Source: Candidatus Levyibacteriota bacterium (GTDB taxonomy: Bacteria; Patescibacteriota; Microgenomatia; Levybacterales; UBA12049). From it: 64,000 nt of DNA. Within the stretch, counting starts at the first letter, position 1, and each line of letters opens with the position of its first letter. Both the position numbers and the translations under genes were made by a program. The DNA lies in assembly GCA_963790825.1 (NCBI GenBank), contig CAWBPM010000004.1, positions 30,987-94,986 of the forward strand, given 5' to 3'. Positions 63,871 to 64,000 of this stretch are shown piece after piece. The notes under the pieces were generated by a model. It was given only the letters and a program-made list of their open reading frames with translations, was not told the origin of the DNA and made no database searches.

Positions 63871-64000
63871 TTATGGAGAATAATTAACTGTCATATCATT
63901 GAGGACTGGAGTTTGCGAGGCGTCGGAAGTATCCAGATAGTATTTGTAGCGGAAACATTGATTCGGGTTCTGGTATCCGCCATAAGCGCCAAACGGTACA
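63871..64000 (-). CDS. 3' end of a CDS entering from the right edge
   Basis: Open frame ...GGYQNPNQCFRYKYYLDTSDASQTPVLNDMTVNYSP*, converging on the ssrA terminator. Confidence 0.7.
   Translation of the reverse strand, partial: VPFGAYGGYQNPNQCFRYKYYLDTSDASQTPVLNDMTVNYSP

Overview
This is a chromosomal window from a Patescibacteria/CPR bacterium, probably Microgenomates-like. That assignment is inferred from gene content, DUF5654/5657/5667-type genes, the split PolA exonuclease, the ATP-dependent ligase and the class II RNR. It opens inside a minus-strand 23S rRNA gene preceded only by tRNA-Ala and its own promoter, with no 16S upstream. About 60 mostly housekeeping CDSs follow, including metK, trxAB, pth, lig, recF, pyrH, mutM, ftsH, trpS, trpR, tgt, murD, murI, a Xer-like recombinase, a VirD4/TraD-like ATPase, pduO-nrdJ-nrdR, gmk, gap, two class A PBPs, rpe, rpiB and smpB. 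There is also one IS481-like element, four tRNAs and tmRNA. The main unusual signals are: (1) small GC-rich palindromic elements and heptamer tracts inserted in frame into conserved enzymes and built into rRNA, tmRNA and both riboswitches; (2) a cobalamin riboswitch in front of an uncharacterised Zn-ribbon protein directly behind nrdR-nrdJ-pduO; (3) an expanded SAM-I-clan riboswitch before metK; (4) two unknown genes inside a TrpR-operator-controlled trpR...trpS unit; (5) tRNA-Ile(UAU), a 68-nt non-canonical initiator tRNA and pervasive leaderless promoters. All calls are by-eye; no database searches were run.
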